A stretch of DNA of 64,000 nt from Gemmatimonadota bacterium (GCA_002718595.1 PBFD01000002.1:244770-308769); one strand, 5' to 3'. Shown: positions 29,091 to 39,770, counted from the stretch's first letter. The notes: generated by a model from the letters alone, not told the origin. Made by a program: numbers and translations.

Positions 29091-30251
29091 TTGGAGACAA
29101 TAGGATCGGTATACGTACATGCTCCATTCTGTTCACGTCGCTGTTACTATTGCGATTTTGCGGTAGAAGTAGGGTCTTCTTCGGATTCAGACCTCTGGAT
29201 CCAGGCCATAATTGGAGAGTTGAAAGCACTCTATGAAGAAGGAATGTTTACACTAAGTCCCTCATTGGAAACTCTATATGTTGGAGGAGGAACCCCTTCT
29301 CTTTTGCATGAGAATTCAATGGCTCAGTTGGCTAGCGTCATAGGAAATAAAAGATTAGAAAAGAATGATTTGGAATGGACTTGTGAGGCCAATCCCGAAA
29401 GTTTCGATTTAGAGAAGGCTTCTTCTTGGATTCAAGCAGGTGTAAACAGGGTCAGTTTGGGGGTGCAAACTTTTCAGGAATCCGTATTGCGTTGGATGGG
29501 AAGACTCCACGGAGCGGAGATGCCCTATGAAGCAGTGGCGATAGCACGAAAAGCAGGATTTTCTAATTTGAGTGTAGACATAATTTTTGGACTACCTCCC
29601 TCTCTTAAGAGGAATCTCAGGAAGGATCTCGAAGCAGTGCTTTCATTAGGAGTCGATCACGTAAGCCTTTATGGACTGACGGTAGAAAGTGGGACCCCCC
29701 TGGCTCGGGCGGTCTCAAAGGGACAGCAGGATGTCATTTCTGGGACACAATACCGAGAGGAATATCTTTTTGCTGTAGAATGGTTAGAATCCCAGGGATA
29801 TGAGGGATATGAGGTTTCCAATTTTGCAAAACCAGGAAAGCAGTCGAGGCACAATTCCAATTACTGGTCGGGAAAACCTTACCTCGGATTGGGGAACGGA
29901 GCTCATAGTTATTTGCATCCTGTTCGAAGGTGGAACATCAGAGATTGGGATTCCTACTATGCGAAGGCTTTGGAAACATGTCTGCCTATAGAAAACCAGG
30001 AGGAACTGAGTAGAGAGGAACATAAATTAGAGAGCTTTTGGTTAGGTCTGCGGACTAATACGGGGCTAAAGATTGATGATTTTTTACCGAGTATTAAGAA
30101 AAGATTCGATTCTTGGATAGCAAGAGATTTAGCGGTGGAACGGGAAGGAAACATATGTTTGACTTCCAAAGGTTGGTTAATTATGGACCAACTGACAGTG
30201 GAATTAATGGAACACTTTTCCTGCAGCGAATCTGAGAATGAGAACCTTTAA
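29091..30251 (+). CDS. hemW: Radical-SAM heme chaperone HemW / HemN-like protein
   Basis: CSRRCYYCDF cluster motif, GGGTPS, and a HemN C-terminal-like domain. TTG start. Confidence 0.8.
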   Translation: METIGSVYVHAPFCSRRCYYCDFAVEVGSSSDSDLWIQAIIGELKALYEEGMFTLSPSLETLYVGGGTPSLLHENSMAQLASVIGNKRLEKNDLEWTCEANPESFDLEKASSWIQAGVNRVSLGVQTFQESVLRWMGRLHGAEMPYEAVAIARKAGFSNLSVDIIFGLPPSLKRNLRKDLEAVLSLGVDHVSLYGLTVESGTPLARAVSKGQQDVISGTQYREEYLFAVEWLESQGYEGYEVSNFAKPGKQSRHNSNYWSGKPYLGLGNGAHSYLHPVRRWNIRDWDSYYAKALETCLPIENQEELSREEHKLESFWLGLRTNTGLKIDDFLPSIKKRFDSWIARDLAVEREGNICLTSKGWLIMDQLTVELMEHFSCSESENENL

Positions 30252-30399
30252 TTTTGGATGTAGGTCTCGCCATTTTTTTCTAAAAGAACTAATAGGATTT
30301 TATATGTCAGTATATATTAATTGTAGGCTGGTAGTTTATATATTTGATATTAATGACCTAGGTTACTGGGTCGTTTAACATTTTGGCGATGATTAATAA

Positions 30400-31560
30400 A
30401 TGACTGATTACTATAATCTTCTAGGTGTTACGAGAAATGCTGGGCCTGATGAAATCAAGAAAGCTTATCGGAAACTTGCATTGAAGTATCATCCTGATAA
30501 AAACAAAGGTGGATCGAAAAAGAACGACGAGCTATTTAAACAGGCCACGGAGGCCTATGAGGTTCTCAGTGACCCAGAAAAACGTTCTGTATACGATAGG
30601 TATGGAGAACAAGGACTAAAAGGATCTGGTCCTGGTTCTGCTGGTTTCTCAAATTTTGATTTCAGCGACGCTATAGAAGTTTTCATGCGAGACTTCGGAG
30701 GCTTTGGCAATCTAAACGACACTTTTGGAAGAAGATCACAGAATCCGAGAGACAGGCCTAAGCCAAAGGGTGAAACCATTAAAATTAGGATTAAATTGAC
30801 ACTTGAAGAGGTATATTCTGGAACAACAAAAAAAGTTAAGGTTGCAGTGCTTGATCCTTGCCCCAACTGTTTAGGAAATGGAACGGCAGAAGGATCTGGA
30901 CCGGTTTCGTGCTCGCAGTGTGGGGGTTCTGGTCAACAAAGACAGTCCCAGCGGACAATGTTTGGTCAATTTGTAAATATAGGAGTTTGTGCTAATTGTA
31001 GGGGACAGGGGCGTGTAATACTCGATCCATGTAGCACTTGTCGAGGAGATGGACGAACAAGAATCCAGAAGCGTATCGAGGTCGAAATTCCAGCTGGTGT
31101 CACCTCTGAAAATTTTATTACGCTTCGTGGCAAAGGGAATATCGGACCTCAGAACGGTCCCAGAGGAGATACGGTAGTTCTTCTGGATGTGCAAGAAAAC
31201 GACAAATTCATAAGAGATGGCGATGACCTTTGTTTTGAGTTGCCGGTGACATTCTCGCAGGCAACACTTGGTGCTGAGGTCGAAATTCCTACTATACAGG
31301 ACAGCGTGCCTTTTGTTATTCCAGCTGGAACTCAAAGTGGAGAGGTGGTTCGATTGAAAGGCAAGGGGATGCCTGAATTACAAGGGAAACGCTGGGGTGA
31401 CCAATTAGTTAGGATTGTAGTATGGACACCTGATGAATTAAGTGAGGAACAGGAGAAGATTTACAAGACACTAAGATCTATTGAGAAAGCAGCGCCCGAA
31501 CGTCTTAATAGAGAGGATATTAGTAGTGTCTGGTCTAGGGTCAAAAACGTATTCAGCTAA
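30400..31560 (+). CDS. dnaJ: Molecular chaperone DnaJ
   Basis: J-domain with HPD (KYHPDKN), G/F region and four CxxCxGxG zinc repeats. No dnaK or grpE is adjacent. Confidence 0.95.
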   Translation: MTDYYNLLGVTRNAGPDEIKKAYRKLALKYHPDKNKGGSKKNDELFKQATEAYEVLSDPEKRSVYDRYGEQGLKGSGPGSAGFSNFDFSDAIEVFMRDFGGFGNLNDTFGRRSQNPRDRPKPKGETIKIRIKLTLEEVYSGTTKKVKVAVLDPCPNCLGNGTAEGSGPVSCSQCGGSGQQRQSQRTMFGQFVNIGVCANCRGQGRVILDPCSTCRGDGRTRIQKRIEVEIPAGVTSENFITLRGKGNIGPQNGPRGDTVVLLDVQENDKFIRDGDDLCFELPVTFSQATLGAEVEIPTIQDSVPFVIPAGTQSGEVVRLKGKGMPELQGKRWGDQLVRIVVWTPDELSEEQEKIYKTLRSIEKAAPERLNREDISSVWSRVKNVFS

Positions 31561-32438
31561 TGTATCCACAGACTCGGGATCGCTGGTTTGTATTAACCAT
31601 TTCATGTCATTCTGCATTGGACTTAGAAAGATGTGCAGAAATAATGTTTGAACTAGGTGCTACAGCGGTTGAGGAAATTGATAATAGGTTAATCACTCAC
31701 CTTGATCCTCCTGAGGATGTCGAAGATGCTCTTGTGTCAATTAGAGATGCGTTGCAAGGGGGCGCGACGACTGGAGAGGTTTCTTTAGATCACTCCTGGC
31801 AAAGACATGAAGACTGGTCTCATTTGTGGAGACGTGGTTTGGTGGCTAAACAGATATCTGACAACTTAGTTGTCCGGCCTAGCTGGTGTGCTTCCCCTCC
31901 AGAACATAAGAATGTCGTAACGGTTGTAATTGACCCTGGAATGGCTTTTGGAACCGCAGAGCATCCAACGACTAGAGGATCACTGAGATTACTGGAAAAA
32001 GCTATATCGCCTGGAGAAAGTATAATGGACATAGGCTGTGGGTCTGGAATATTAACAATCACAGCAATAAAACTGGGCGCGAGCAATGTTCTAAGTGTCG
32101 ACAATGATCCCTATGCTCTTGAAGCTACTTCAGCTAACCTGTTCATGAACGAAATCAGGGGAAAAGCTGATGTCCAGCTCGGGGAGGTTAGCCCCGCTTG
32201 GTTAAAAGACAGTAGTGAGTGTGAAGGTATAATCGCGAATATACAAAGTGATGTCTTATTGGCTCTTATGATTGGGTTCAGATCTGCTATCAGAAATCAT
32301 GGTTGGTTGATCTTGAGTGGTATTATGGATAGCGAGTGGCCGGCTATACTGAGTAGCGCTAGAGATTCCAAGTTTACATTAATAGCTGTGGATATGGAGC
32401 TTGGATGGACCTCGGCGTGGTTTAAATTGGATAAATAA
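31560..32438 (+). CDS. prmA: Ribosomal protein L11 methyltransferase
   Basis: IDPGMAFGTAEHPTT and SAM motif DIGCGSGIL. The start overlaps the dnaJ stop by 1 nt. Confidence 0.85.
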   Translation: MYPQTRDRWFVLTISCHSALDLERCAEIMFELGATAVEEIDNRLITHLDPPEDVEDALVSIRDALQGGATTGEVSLDHSWQRHEDWSHLWRRGLVAKQISDNLVVRPSWCASPPEHKNVVTVVIDPGMAFGTAEHPTTRGSLRLLEKAISPGESIMDIGCGSGILTITAIKLGASNVLSVDNDPYALEATSANLFMNEIRGKADVQLGEVSPAWLKDSSECEGIIANIQSDVLLALMIGFRSAIRNHGWLILSGIMDSEWPAILSSARDSKFTLIAVDMELGWTSAWFKLDK

Positions 32439-32476
32439 AATGTGTTCTTCAGGCCGACAGTACACTTCTTTACAAC

Positions 32477-32501
32477 CTGATTCCTGAAACTTCTGATTCC
32501 T
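32477..32501 (+). repeat. 9-nt direct repeat CTGATTCCT x2 (starts 32477 and 32493)
   Basis: Read directly in the prmA/yqeY-like intergenic gap. The copies are 16 nt apart start to start. Confidence 0.9.
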
Positions 32502-32550
32502 AAAGTTGGAATCGTTGACCGTCCTGGAAAAGCTGAATACTTTGCTCCTC

Positions 32551-32991
32551 ATGTCTATGGATCTTAAATCACGAGTGCGCGTCGATCTTATCAAAGCCAG
32601 AAAGGGTCGAAAGCGAATGGAAACAATAGTTTTGAGTTCTCTTTTGTCAGAGATTCGAAACAAAGAAATAGAGCTGGGGCGTGATTTGGATGACCAAGAT
32701 GTCACCAAGGTTATCACAAAGGCTGTTAAGCAACGTAAAGAATCCTCCAGGTTGATGCTTTCGGGAGGAAGGCCAGAATTGGCCGATAAGGAGTTGGAAG
32801 AACTGACTCTTCTTCAGGAGTATCTCCCAACCGGTTTAAGCGAATCTGAGATCAGAAGTGTGGTTCAGGGAGCGATCAAGGAGGGTTTTGACCAGATGGG
32901 CACCCTGATGGCTCATGTTATGCCGATGGTGCAAGGACGTGTAGACGGTAGCGAAGTGAACCGTATCGTTAGAGAAGAACTCAAGTTATGA
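32551..32991 (+). CDS. GatB/YqeY domain protein
   Basis: MDLKSRVRVDLIKARK...LSSLLSEIRNKEIE and ELTLLQEYLP fit the YqeY family. I prefer the ATG at 32551 or 32557 over the ORF-track start at 32506. Confidence 0.8.
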   Translation: MSMDLKSRVRVDLIKARKGRKRMETIVLSSLLSEIRNKEIELGRDLDDQDVTKVITKAVKQRKESSRLMLSGGRPELADKELEELTLLQEYLPTGLSESEIRSVVQGAIKEGFDQMGTLMAHVMPMVQGRVDGSEVNRIVREELKL

Positions 32992-33079
32992 TCTCTGACA
33001 CCGTTTGGCTTCCAGCTTGACAGAATTATCTAAATAGATTCTGGCCTGAGGAGAGTAAGCACTTTTCTGTAGTCAAGGT

Positions 33080-34885
33080 ATGATTCCTGTGATTGATAAA
33101 GATCAAATAGAAGAAGTGAGAAGCAGGGCGGACATAGTCCAGATCATCAGTGGCATACTTCCGTTGAAAAAATCTGGCAAAGATTACAAGGCGTGCTGTC
33201 CCTTTCATGAGGAGAAAACTCCGAGTTTTTATGTAGTTCCTTCTAAGGGATTTTATAAGTGTTTTGGCTGTGGTGAGCATGGAGATGTATTTTCTTTTTT
33301 ACAGCGAGCGCAGGGATTGGAGTTTATCGAGGCAGTGAAGCAGGTGGCTCAGTCCGTAGGGATTGAGATTCGCGAAGATAAACGCTCTCCAGAGGAAGTA
33401 AATCCTTTCTCGCATTTGTATCAGGCTAATGCTTTCGCTCTTCAGTATTTCGGGGATGCTCTTTGGGATGACAAATTAGGGCTCCAGGCCCGGGGTTATT
33501 TGGAAAGCAGAAAAATTAGCAAGGAAATGTGTGACAGATACTCTCTAGGCTTTGCACCCAATAACTGGACAGGTCTTCGTGAAGCTGCCATGGACCATGG
33601 TATAAGTGATGCGACCTTACTTGAAGCTGGCCTACTTTCACGAAGTGACAAAAGAGATGATCCCTACGATAGATTTCGAGGAAGGATCACATTTGCAATA
33701 GAGAGTGTAGGCGGAAAAATAGTAGGTTTTGGAGGAAGGTTATTAGATCTTCAAGGACAACGTGGTGCAAAGTATCTTAATTCTCCAGAGACCCCTATCT
33801 ACCAAAAAGGTTCGGTTTTGTACGGTCTAGGGTTGGCTAAGAATGCCATTCGTAAGGACGATTTAGCTCTCGTGGTAGAGGGTTACCTGGATGTCATCTC
33901 TTTAGCGCAGAATGGATTTGAGAATGTTGTGGCAGTTCTTGGAACAGGATTCACTAAGGAACAGGCGGAACTACTGGGTCGTTACACAAAAAAAACGTGT
34001 CTATTGTTCGACAGTGATAATGCAGGATTGAAAGCAGCTTTCCGATCTGCGGATGTGTTACTTGCAAGTGGGGTGCACCCATCAATTGGTTCCTTGCCCA
34101 AGGGAATGGATCCAGATGGAGTGGTGCATAAGGAAGGACGAGATGCTTTGGCTACTTATATTGATGGATCGGTGGATGTGCTCGATCGCAAACTTCAAAT
34201 GCTGAACGAACGTGACCATTTTTCAGATATAGAAAAAACTAGGATGGCTATAGACAGACTTCTTCCGACTATAAGGGCCGCACAAGATATTGCCCTCCAA
34301 GATATCTATGTATCCAAAGTTGCAAAACAGACAGGAGTGAAAAGAGAGACTCTGGAATCAGAGCTAGCTAAAGTCGATCCTGATTTACCTCGGACACTTC
34401 TAAAAACTCCTATTCAGAAGAGTTCTGAAAGGTCACGATTCTCCTATGCTATGGGTCCAGAGAAGGAGTTGTTATGCTTGCTAGTGAAGGATGAGGGAAT
34501 GGTAGAGCGGGTAGGGGAGCGTTTGGGTCCTAACGATTTTATCGATTCAAACCACAGGGCTATTTTCGAATTATTGATTAATAAGGTAGATTTCGTGGAG
34601 ATTTTGGCGAGATTGGATGCGATGGCCAATCTGATTTTCCAAGAAATTTTGGCGGATCCCAGAGAATTTACGGAGAGTGTTGGCGAACGGATTTTCAAGG
34701 ACGTAGTCAACAGGATGTTAAGTGATCAGATGCAAAAGAAAATGGATAAAATTGACGAAATGATAAGAAATAATAATGATGATGATAGGCTTACCGAGTT
34801 GCTTATAGAAAAAACAAAGTTAGGACAAGAACGTCGTGAACTCGGTTTGGACTGGTCCGCAGTAGCAAGAAAAACATTCAAGTAA
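33080..34885 (+). CDS. dnaG: DNA primase
   Basis: Zinc finger CPFHEEKTPSF...CFGCGEHGD, a TOPRIM domain (VVEGYLDVISL, LLFDSDNAG) and a C-terminal helicase-binding region. Confidence 0.95.
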   Translation: MIPVIDKDQIEEVRSRADIVQIISGILPLKKSGKDYKACCPFHEEKTPSFYVVPSKGFYKCFGCGEHGDVFSFLQRAQGLEFIEAVKQVAQSVGIEIREDKRSPEEVNPFSHLYQANAFALQYFGDALWDDKLGLQARGYLESRKISKEMCDRYSLGFAPNNWTGLREAAMDHGISDATLLEAGLLSRSDKRDDPYDRFRGRITFAIESVGGKIVGFGGRLLDLQGQRGAKYLNSPETPIYQKGSVLYGLGLAKNAIRKDDLALVVEGYLDVISLAQNGFENVVAVLGTGFTKEQAELLGRYTKKTCLLFDSDNAGLKAAFRSADVLLASGVHPSIGSLPKGMDPDGVVHKEGRDALATYIDGSVDVLDRKLQMLNERDHFSDIEKTRMAIDRLLPTIRAAQDIALQDIYVSKVAKQTGVKRETLESELAKVDPDLPRTLLKTPIQKSSERSRFSYAMGPEKELLCLLVKDEGMVERVGERLGPNDFIDSNHRAIFELLINKVDFVEILARLDAMANLIFQEILADPREFTESVGERIFKDVVNRMLSDQMQKKMDKIDEMIRNNNDDDRLTELLIEKTKLGQERRELGLDWSAVARKTFK

Positions 34886-34920
34886 GACTATTATAGTAAC
34901 TTTGAGATAAAGAGAATTTT

Positions 34921-35742
34921 ATGACATCTAAAGAAAGAGCTTCGCTGAAAGAGTTGCAGTCATTGGATATAAAGCTCAGAAACATTGGGTCCACTATTGA
35001 TAATTTCGAAGTTGAACTAGAGGAGCTCGAGGCTCCAACATTGAAGTTAGGCCAAGAGATAGAAGGCTTGGGGAAAAGACTGCAGGAGCTATCTCTTGAA
35101 AAAAAGAGGTTAGAGTTGGCAATTCTTGAAAAACGTGAGCGATTGGACAAGTTGGAAGAACGAATGAATCAGGTTCGCAACATACGGGAAGAGACCGCGG
35201 TTCATGCCGAATCCGACATGGTCAAGCGAGCTCTCAAGAATGACGAGCAGGAATCTCTAGCTGTGACGGAACAAATCAGGAAAATGACTGATCGGATGAA
35301 TGAAAAGACAACGATTCATACCGAGTCAATGGCAGAAATGGAGCCCCTTCGTAAAGGAATGATATCCGAAAGGGAAGGCGCGGAATCTAATCTTGAAAAA
35401 CTTACTCAAGAGAGAGAGGACTTAGCAGAAACTTTGGATGCTGATGAGCGAGCAGTGTATGAACAGATAACAAGTGGTCAAGGGAGATTGGCTGTATCAG
35501 AGCTTACGGAAGACGGGGCTTGCGGGCACTGCTACAGTGTTGTTCCACTCCAACGGCAAAATGAGATTCGTCATAGTGAAGAATTAATCCGATGTGAAGA
35601 GTGCGGAGTGATACTGACTCCAGAGACTCAAGTGGTTAGCTCAAGCAATGATTTGGAGTCAGGCGCTATAGAGGAAATTGAACCGATAATGTCCGAAGTG
35701 GAGACCCCCGATTCAGAGATTGCTGAAGTGTCAGATGCTTGA
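34921..35742 (+). CDS. Coiled-coil protein with C4 zinc-ribbon (COG1579/DUF164-like)
   Basis: Long heptad-like coiled coil, then CGHC...(x)n...CEECGVIL, a zinc ribbon characteristic of this family. Confidence 0.75.
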   Translation: MTSKERASLKELQSLDIKLRNIGSTIDNFEVELEELEAPTLKLGQEIEGLGKRLQELSLEKKRLELAILEKRERLDKLEERMNQVRNIREETAVHAESDMVKRALKNDEQESLAVTEQIRKMTDRMNEKTTIHTESMAEMEPLRKGMISEREGAESNLEKLTQEREDLAETLDADERAVYEQITSGQGRLAVSELTEDGACGHCYSVVPLQRQNEIRHSEELIRCEECGVILTPETQVVSSSNDLESGAIEEIEPIMSEVETPDSEIAEVSDA

Positions 35743-35813
35743 TTTTGAGGGTTAGACGGCATCTATAAAATGGGGGTGGTGGGCGTAACGGTCTTCTCTA
35801 GGTCAATTTATCG

Positions 35814-37568
35814 ATGAGTTTCAAATATGCGTTAGATCCTGCCTGGCAAGAGCCACTTCCTGTTTTAGGGGGAGTCGTTCAACTCTTTAAGAAGGAATTA
35901 TCTCTTCCGACCCTTCTATGTCGTTTGTTGATCGCTAGAGGGTATGAGGATCCAGAAGTAGCTAAAGATTACCTCAGACTCTCACTCGACAAGCTTGAAG
36001 ACGCGAGGACCTTGACTGGAATTACTGAAGCTTCTGAGCGGTTGTCAAAGGCTATTCGTAATCGAGAGAAAATACTTATTCACGGTGACTACGATGTTGA
36101 TGGAGTCGTGGGCACGGCCTTGATTACTCGCTGGATTCAAAGATTGGGTGGATACTGCGTCCCGTTTATCCCTAATCGTTTAACTGACGGTTATGATTTC
36201 GGGCCTGCCGGTTTAAGAAGGGCAATAGAATTGAAAGCCCAATTAATTTTGACAGTCGATTCAGGGATTCGGGCACATGAGATGGTGTCGCAGGCAAACG
36301 AGAATGGGATAGAAGTTATTATAACGGACCACCATGTGCCTGGTGACAGTTTGCCTAGTGCTTCCTCCATAGTCAATCCGAATCGCTCTGATTGTAAATA
36401 CACCAATAAAGGACTTTGTGGTACTGGTGTGGTTTATCGTTTATGTGAGGTGCTAGCTGATGATTTCGATGTTTCTGATGAAGATCTTCGGGGTTACTTA
36501 GATTTTGTAGCTCTCGCGACTATTGCAGACGTTGTCCCACTAACAACAGAAAATAGAACTTTCGTCAGATTCGGTCTTCATGTTTTAAAACACTCTCCTA
36601 ATTGTGGTTTAAAAGCACTAATGAATATGATTAGTAGAGATAATCATGCTTTGACGTCTGGTTATCTGGCTTTTCAGGTGGCTCCCCGCATTAATGCAGC
36701 TGGGAGAATGGGTGAAGTAAAGACTGCTTTAGGTCTACTCATGGAAGATGATCCAAAATTTGCTAGAGAAAATTCTTTGAAGCTAGAATCCGAGAATGCC
36801 AAAAGGAAACGAGAGGAATCAGTAATAATGGAGCAAGTCCTTGTTTCACTAGAACAGACTTTTGACCCACAGAGAGATTATGGAGTAGTACTTTCGGGAG
36901 AGAATTGGCATCCAGGTGTCATTGGAATAGTTGCGTCTCGGATAGCAGAACTTCTCAATAGACCTACTGTAGTGATTTCTTTGAATGATCAGAAAGGTCG
37001 GGGCAGTGCCAGGTCGATCCCAGGTTTCGATTTACTTTCAGTGTTGAATATCTGTAGTGGTCACTTGGAGAAATTTGGTGGTCATCGTGCGGCAGCGGGA
37101 CTTACGATATGCACTAGTGAAATAGATGCTTTCAAAAGAGCTTTTAACTTAGAGGCAAGCCAGCATGTAAAGGGGCAAGATCTCCGGCCGATCTTGAAAC
37201 CAGACCTTGAGATCCAACTTTCTGAGATAAACCAAAGGACTTTTGACCTGCTGTCCTATTTTGGTCCTTTCGGAATATCAAACTCCACTCCTCTATTCCT
37301 TGCGCGTAATGTTAAACTAGTCGGGCCAGTTAAAAAAGTTGGCAAAAATCATTTAAGGCTCAGAGTAGAAGAGCAAGGCCACAAATTTGATGCAGTCGGA
37401 TTCAATTTGACCGATAGGATCCCTCCCAAAAGTGTGAAGAGTCCAGTAGACATTGTTTTTAAGCTCAAGGAAAATTTGTTTAGAGGTGTTTCTAGAATAG
37501 AATTACAAGTCATGGATCTACGTCCATCTGAGGGTCCACATAAGCCAATTTCCCTGGTTTACTCTTGA
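35814..37568 (+). CDS. recJ: Single-stranded-DNA-specific exonuclease RecJ
   Basis: DHH family motifs IHGDYDVDGV, TVDSG and ITDHH. DHHA1 region GGHRAAAG. Confidence 0.9.
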   Translation: MSFKYALDPAWQEPLPVLGGVVQLFKKELSLPTLLCRLLIARGYEDPEVAKDYLRLSLDKLEDARTLTGITEASERLSKAIRNREKILIHGDYDVDGVVGTALITRWIQRLGGYCVPFIPNRLTDGYDFGPAGLRRAIELKAQLILTVDSGIRAHEMVSQANENGIEVIITDHHVPGDSLPSASSIVNPNRSDCKYTNKGLCGTGVVYRLCEVLADDFDVSDEDLRGYLDFVALATIADVVPLTTENRTFVRFGLHVLKHSPNCGLKALMNMISRDNHALTSGYLAFQVAPRINAAGRMGEVKTALGLLMEDDPKFARENSLKLESENAKRKREESVIMEQVLVSLEQTFDPQRDYGVVLSGENWHPGVIGIVASRIAELLNRPTVVISLNDQKGRGSARSIPGFDLLSVLNICSGHLEKFGGHRAAAGLTICTSEIDAFKRAFNLEASQHVKGQDLRPILKPDLEIQLSEINQRTFDLLSYFGPFGISNSTPLFLARNVKLVGPVKKVGKNHLRLRVEEQGHKFDAVGFNLTDRIPPKSVKSPVDIVFKLKENLFRGVSRIELQVMDLRPSEGPHKPISLVYS

Positions 37569-38092
37569 GGATCATAGCCGGTCGATGGAAAGGTCAAAGA
37601 CTCAAGTCTCCCAAGGGTATAGATGTGCGCCCAACGAGCGACAGAGTTAAGGAAGCTTGGATGAGTTCTCTGGGAAATGACATTTTGGGTGCCAAGGTTG
37701 TAGACTTGTTCGCTGGCTCAGGTGCATTGGGTTTGGAAGCATTGAGTAGGGGAGCCAAGAGCGTAGTATTTGTGGAAGCCAGTTCTGCCTCTTTAAGAAC
37801 GCTGAAAGCAAATATTGAACTTTTGGGTTCAGGACCAGAGGTTGCAGTGGTTAAACGGGACGCTATGAACTACATAAAACGTGCAGGACGTGAGGACTTT
37901 GATATTGCTCTAGCCGATCCACCCTATGGTAAAGGTTATGCGGAAGCGCTGATAGAAGCTTTTCGAGATCATCCATTTGCTTCCAGGCTTTGGGTTGAGC
38001 ATGGTAAAGGAGACTTGGCGGAGTCTTTGATGGACCATGAACAAAGACGATATGGAGAAACGGTCATTTCTACTCTGGAGGCAGAAAGATGA
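37565..38092 (+). CDS. rsmD: 16S rRNA (guanine966-N2)-methyltransferase RsmD
   Basis: MRIIAGRWKGQRL, DLFAGSGALGLEALSRGA and DPPY motifs. 4-nt overlap with recJ. Confidence 0.85.
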   Translation: MRIIAGRWKGQRLKSPKGIDVRPTSDRVKEAWMSSLGNDILGAKVVDLFAGSGALGLEALSRGAKSVVFVEASSASLRTLKANIELLGSGPEVAVVKRDAMNYIKRAGREDFDIALADPPYGKGYAEALIEAFRDHPFASRLWVEHGKGDLAESLMDHEQRRYGETVISTLEAER

Positions 38093-38580
38093 ATGTCACT
38101 TCTAAATCGGTAATATACCCTGGTTCTTTCGACCCAATTACAAAGGGACATGAAGATGTAATAAAACGTTCATTGGCTCTATTTGATAAAGTTTTTGTTG
38201 CTGTAGCAATAACTTCTAGCCATAACAAAAAGAGTTTATTCAGTCCTGATGAGCGAGTTGCACTAATTCGCGAACTTTTCGATGGTCAAGTAGGCGTGGA
38301 AGTAATTTTATTCGATGGTTTGCTAGTCGATTTAGCAAAAGAACTAAAGACCACTGTTATCATCAGGGGACTAAGGGCAGTTTCCGATTTTGAGTATGAA
38401 TTTCAAATGGCCCAAATGAATCGACAGTTACTCGATGATATCGAGACTGTGTTTTTGGCACCTGACCAACAATTTTCATTTCTCTCTTCTACTTTAGTTA
38501 GAGAAGTAACCACATTGGGAGGGGATGTATCGGGGTTTGTTTCTCCGTTAGTCCTGGAAAGAATCTCGGAAAAATTGTGA
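38089..38580 (+). CDS. coaD: Phosphopantetheine adenylyltransferase
   Basis: YPGSFDPITKGHEDV (HxGH-type motif), RGLRAVSDFEYE and SSTLVRE. ATGA overlap with rsmD. Confidence 0.95.
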   Translation: MNVTSKSVIYPGSFDPITKGHEDVIKRSLALFDKVFVAVAITSSHNKKSLFSPDERVALIRELFDGQVGVEVILFDGLLVDLAKELKTTVIIRGLRAVSDFEYEFQMAQMNRQLLDDIETVFLAPDQQFSFLSSTLVREVTTLGGDVSGFVSPLVLERISEKL

Positions 38581-38597
38581 ATCCATAAGGACTTTAA

Positions 38598-38909
38598 GTG
38601 GAATTTCGGACAAGTAGAATTGGAAAAGGAATCGTGGTTTCTCTTTCAGATAAACTCACAGTCGGTAATAGTGCAGCTCTAAGAAAGCTAATATTAGATG
38701 AGTTTGAGACGAACGTATCTAGTGTAACCATTGATTTTTCCAGTACTAAATTCATTGATTCTTTTGGACTAGAAATCCTTTCAAAGCTTTCGAAGGAAAT
38801 AGGTGAATTGGGTGGTCATTTAACCTTGCTTAACGTAGATCTCAAACTACAATCTTTCATAGAGCTTGCGGCGTTGGATTCCCTGTTTGATTTCCAAGAA
38901 AATAATTAG
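38598..38909 (+). CDS. STAS-domain protein (anti-sigma-factor antagonist-like)
   Basis: 103 aa with a V.L.G.L pattern and a conserved FIDSFGLE segment holding the usual phospho-serine position. GTG start. Confidence 0.6.
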   Translation: MEFRTSRIGKGIVVSLSDKLTVGNSAALRKLILDEFETNVSSVTIDFSSTKFIDSFGLEILSKLSKEIGELGGHLTLLNVDLKLQSFIELAALDSLFDFQENN

Positions 38910-38956
38910 AAAATGATTAAAGGTTTGTTGAGGAAATAATATGACAGGACGATTCT

Positions 38957-39763
38957 GTGTTTCCTAAAAAATCTCTAGGACAAAACTTTCTCGTAGATGG
39001 AAATTTACAACGTGCTATAGTCGAAGTTCTATCTATTGGAAAATCTGATGTTGTTCTTGAGATAGGTCCTGGAACTGGAGCGCTAACGAAACACTTATTG
39101 GAAAAATCTGCACATTTGATACTTGTTGAATTGGATGATCAATTAGTTGGGGAATTACAGCTTGCCTACCAAGCCAGAAAGAATGTGGAAATAATTCACA
39201 GTGATTTTCTAAAGTTGGATTTAGCTGGACTGATTGATGAGTACTCGAAGTTAGTGGTCATTGGTAACATTCCCTATAACATAACCGCACCCATAATATT
39301 TAAGCTGATGACCCACCCTAGGCCCCGAGAAGTCGTGTTGTTGGTCCAAAAAGAGGTTGCTGATAGATTAACTGCGAAAGTTGGAACGTCTGAGTATGGG
39401 GCAATGTCTGTTGGCCTAAGGGCTGTGGCTCAGGTCGAAAAGGTTCTTAATGTTCCCAGAACAGCTTTTAAACCAGTACCTAGAGTCGATTCTACTTTAG
39501 TAAAAATCCTTCCCCATTATCCTCCTCTAATTTCCCCTCAGGTCGAAAAGTATCTGAGAATAATTACTCGTTCATTTTTCCAATGGAGAAGGAAGCAGAT
39601 TCAAAAGATTATGAGAGACCATCCCGACCTGAATTTTGCGAAGAATGCTTTGGAAGAAATAGCTCTCGACACTGGATGGGATTTGAGTCGAAGGCCAGAG
39701 ACTCTTGCACCAACTGATTTCATAAAATTGGCCAGTATGGTTGGGAAGTTCCTGGGCGAATGA
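38957..39763 (+). CDS. rsmA: 16S rRNA (adenine1518/1519-N6)-dimethyltransferase
   Basis: KKSLGQNFL, EIGPGTGALT and GNIPYNIT motifs. GTG start. Confidence 0.9.
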   Translation: MFPKKSLGQNFLVDGNLQRAIVEVLSIGKSDVVLEIGPGTGALTKHLLEKSAHLILVELDDQLVGELQLAYQARKNVEIIHSDFLKLDLAGLIDEYSKLVVIGNIPYNITAPIIFKLMTHPRPREVVLLVQKEVADRLTAKVGTSEYGAMSVGLRAVAQVEKVLNVPRTAFKPVPRVDSTLVKILPHYPPLISPQVEKYLRIITRSFFQWRRKQIQKIMRDHPDLNFAKNALEEIALDTGWDLSRRPETLAPTDFIKLASMVGKFLGE

Positions 39764-39770
39764 TGGAAAT

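Noticed and set aside
30252-30399. AT-rich 148-nt region upstream of dnaJ with repeated ATATTAAT-like words and a TATATTTG string, examined for a CIRCE/HrcA heat-shock operator or a Bacteroidetes-type -7 promoter motif.
   Set aside because: No TTAGCACTC-N9-GAGTGCTAA-like inverted repeat is present. The TAnnTTTG match is a single short hit in AT-rich DNA without a properly spaced -33 element, and other gaps show TTGACA-type boxes instead.
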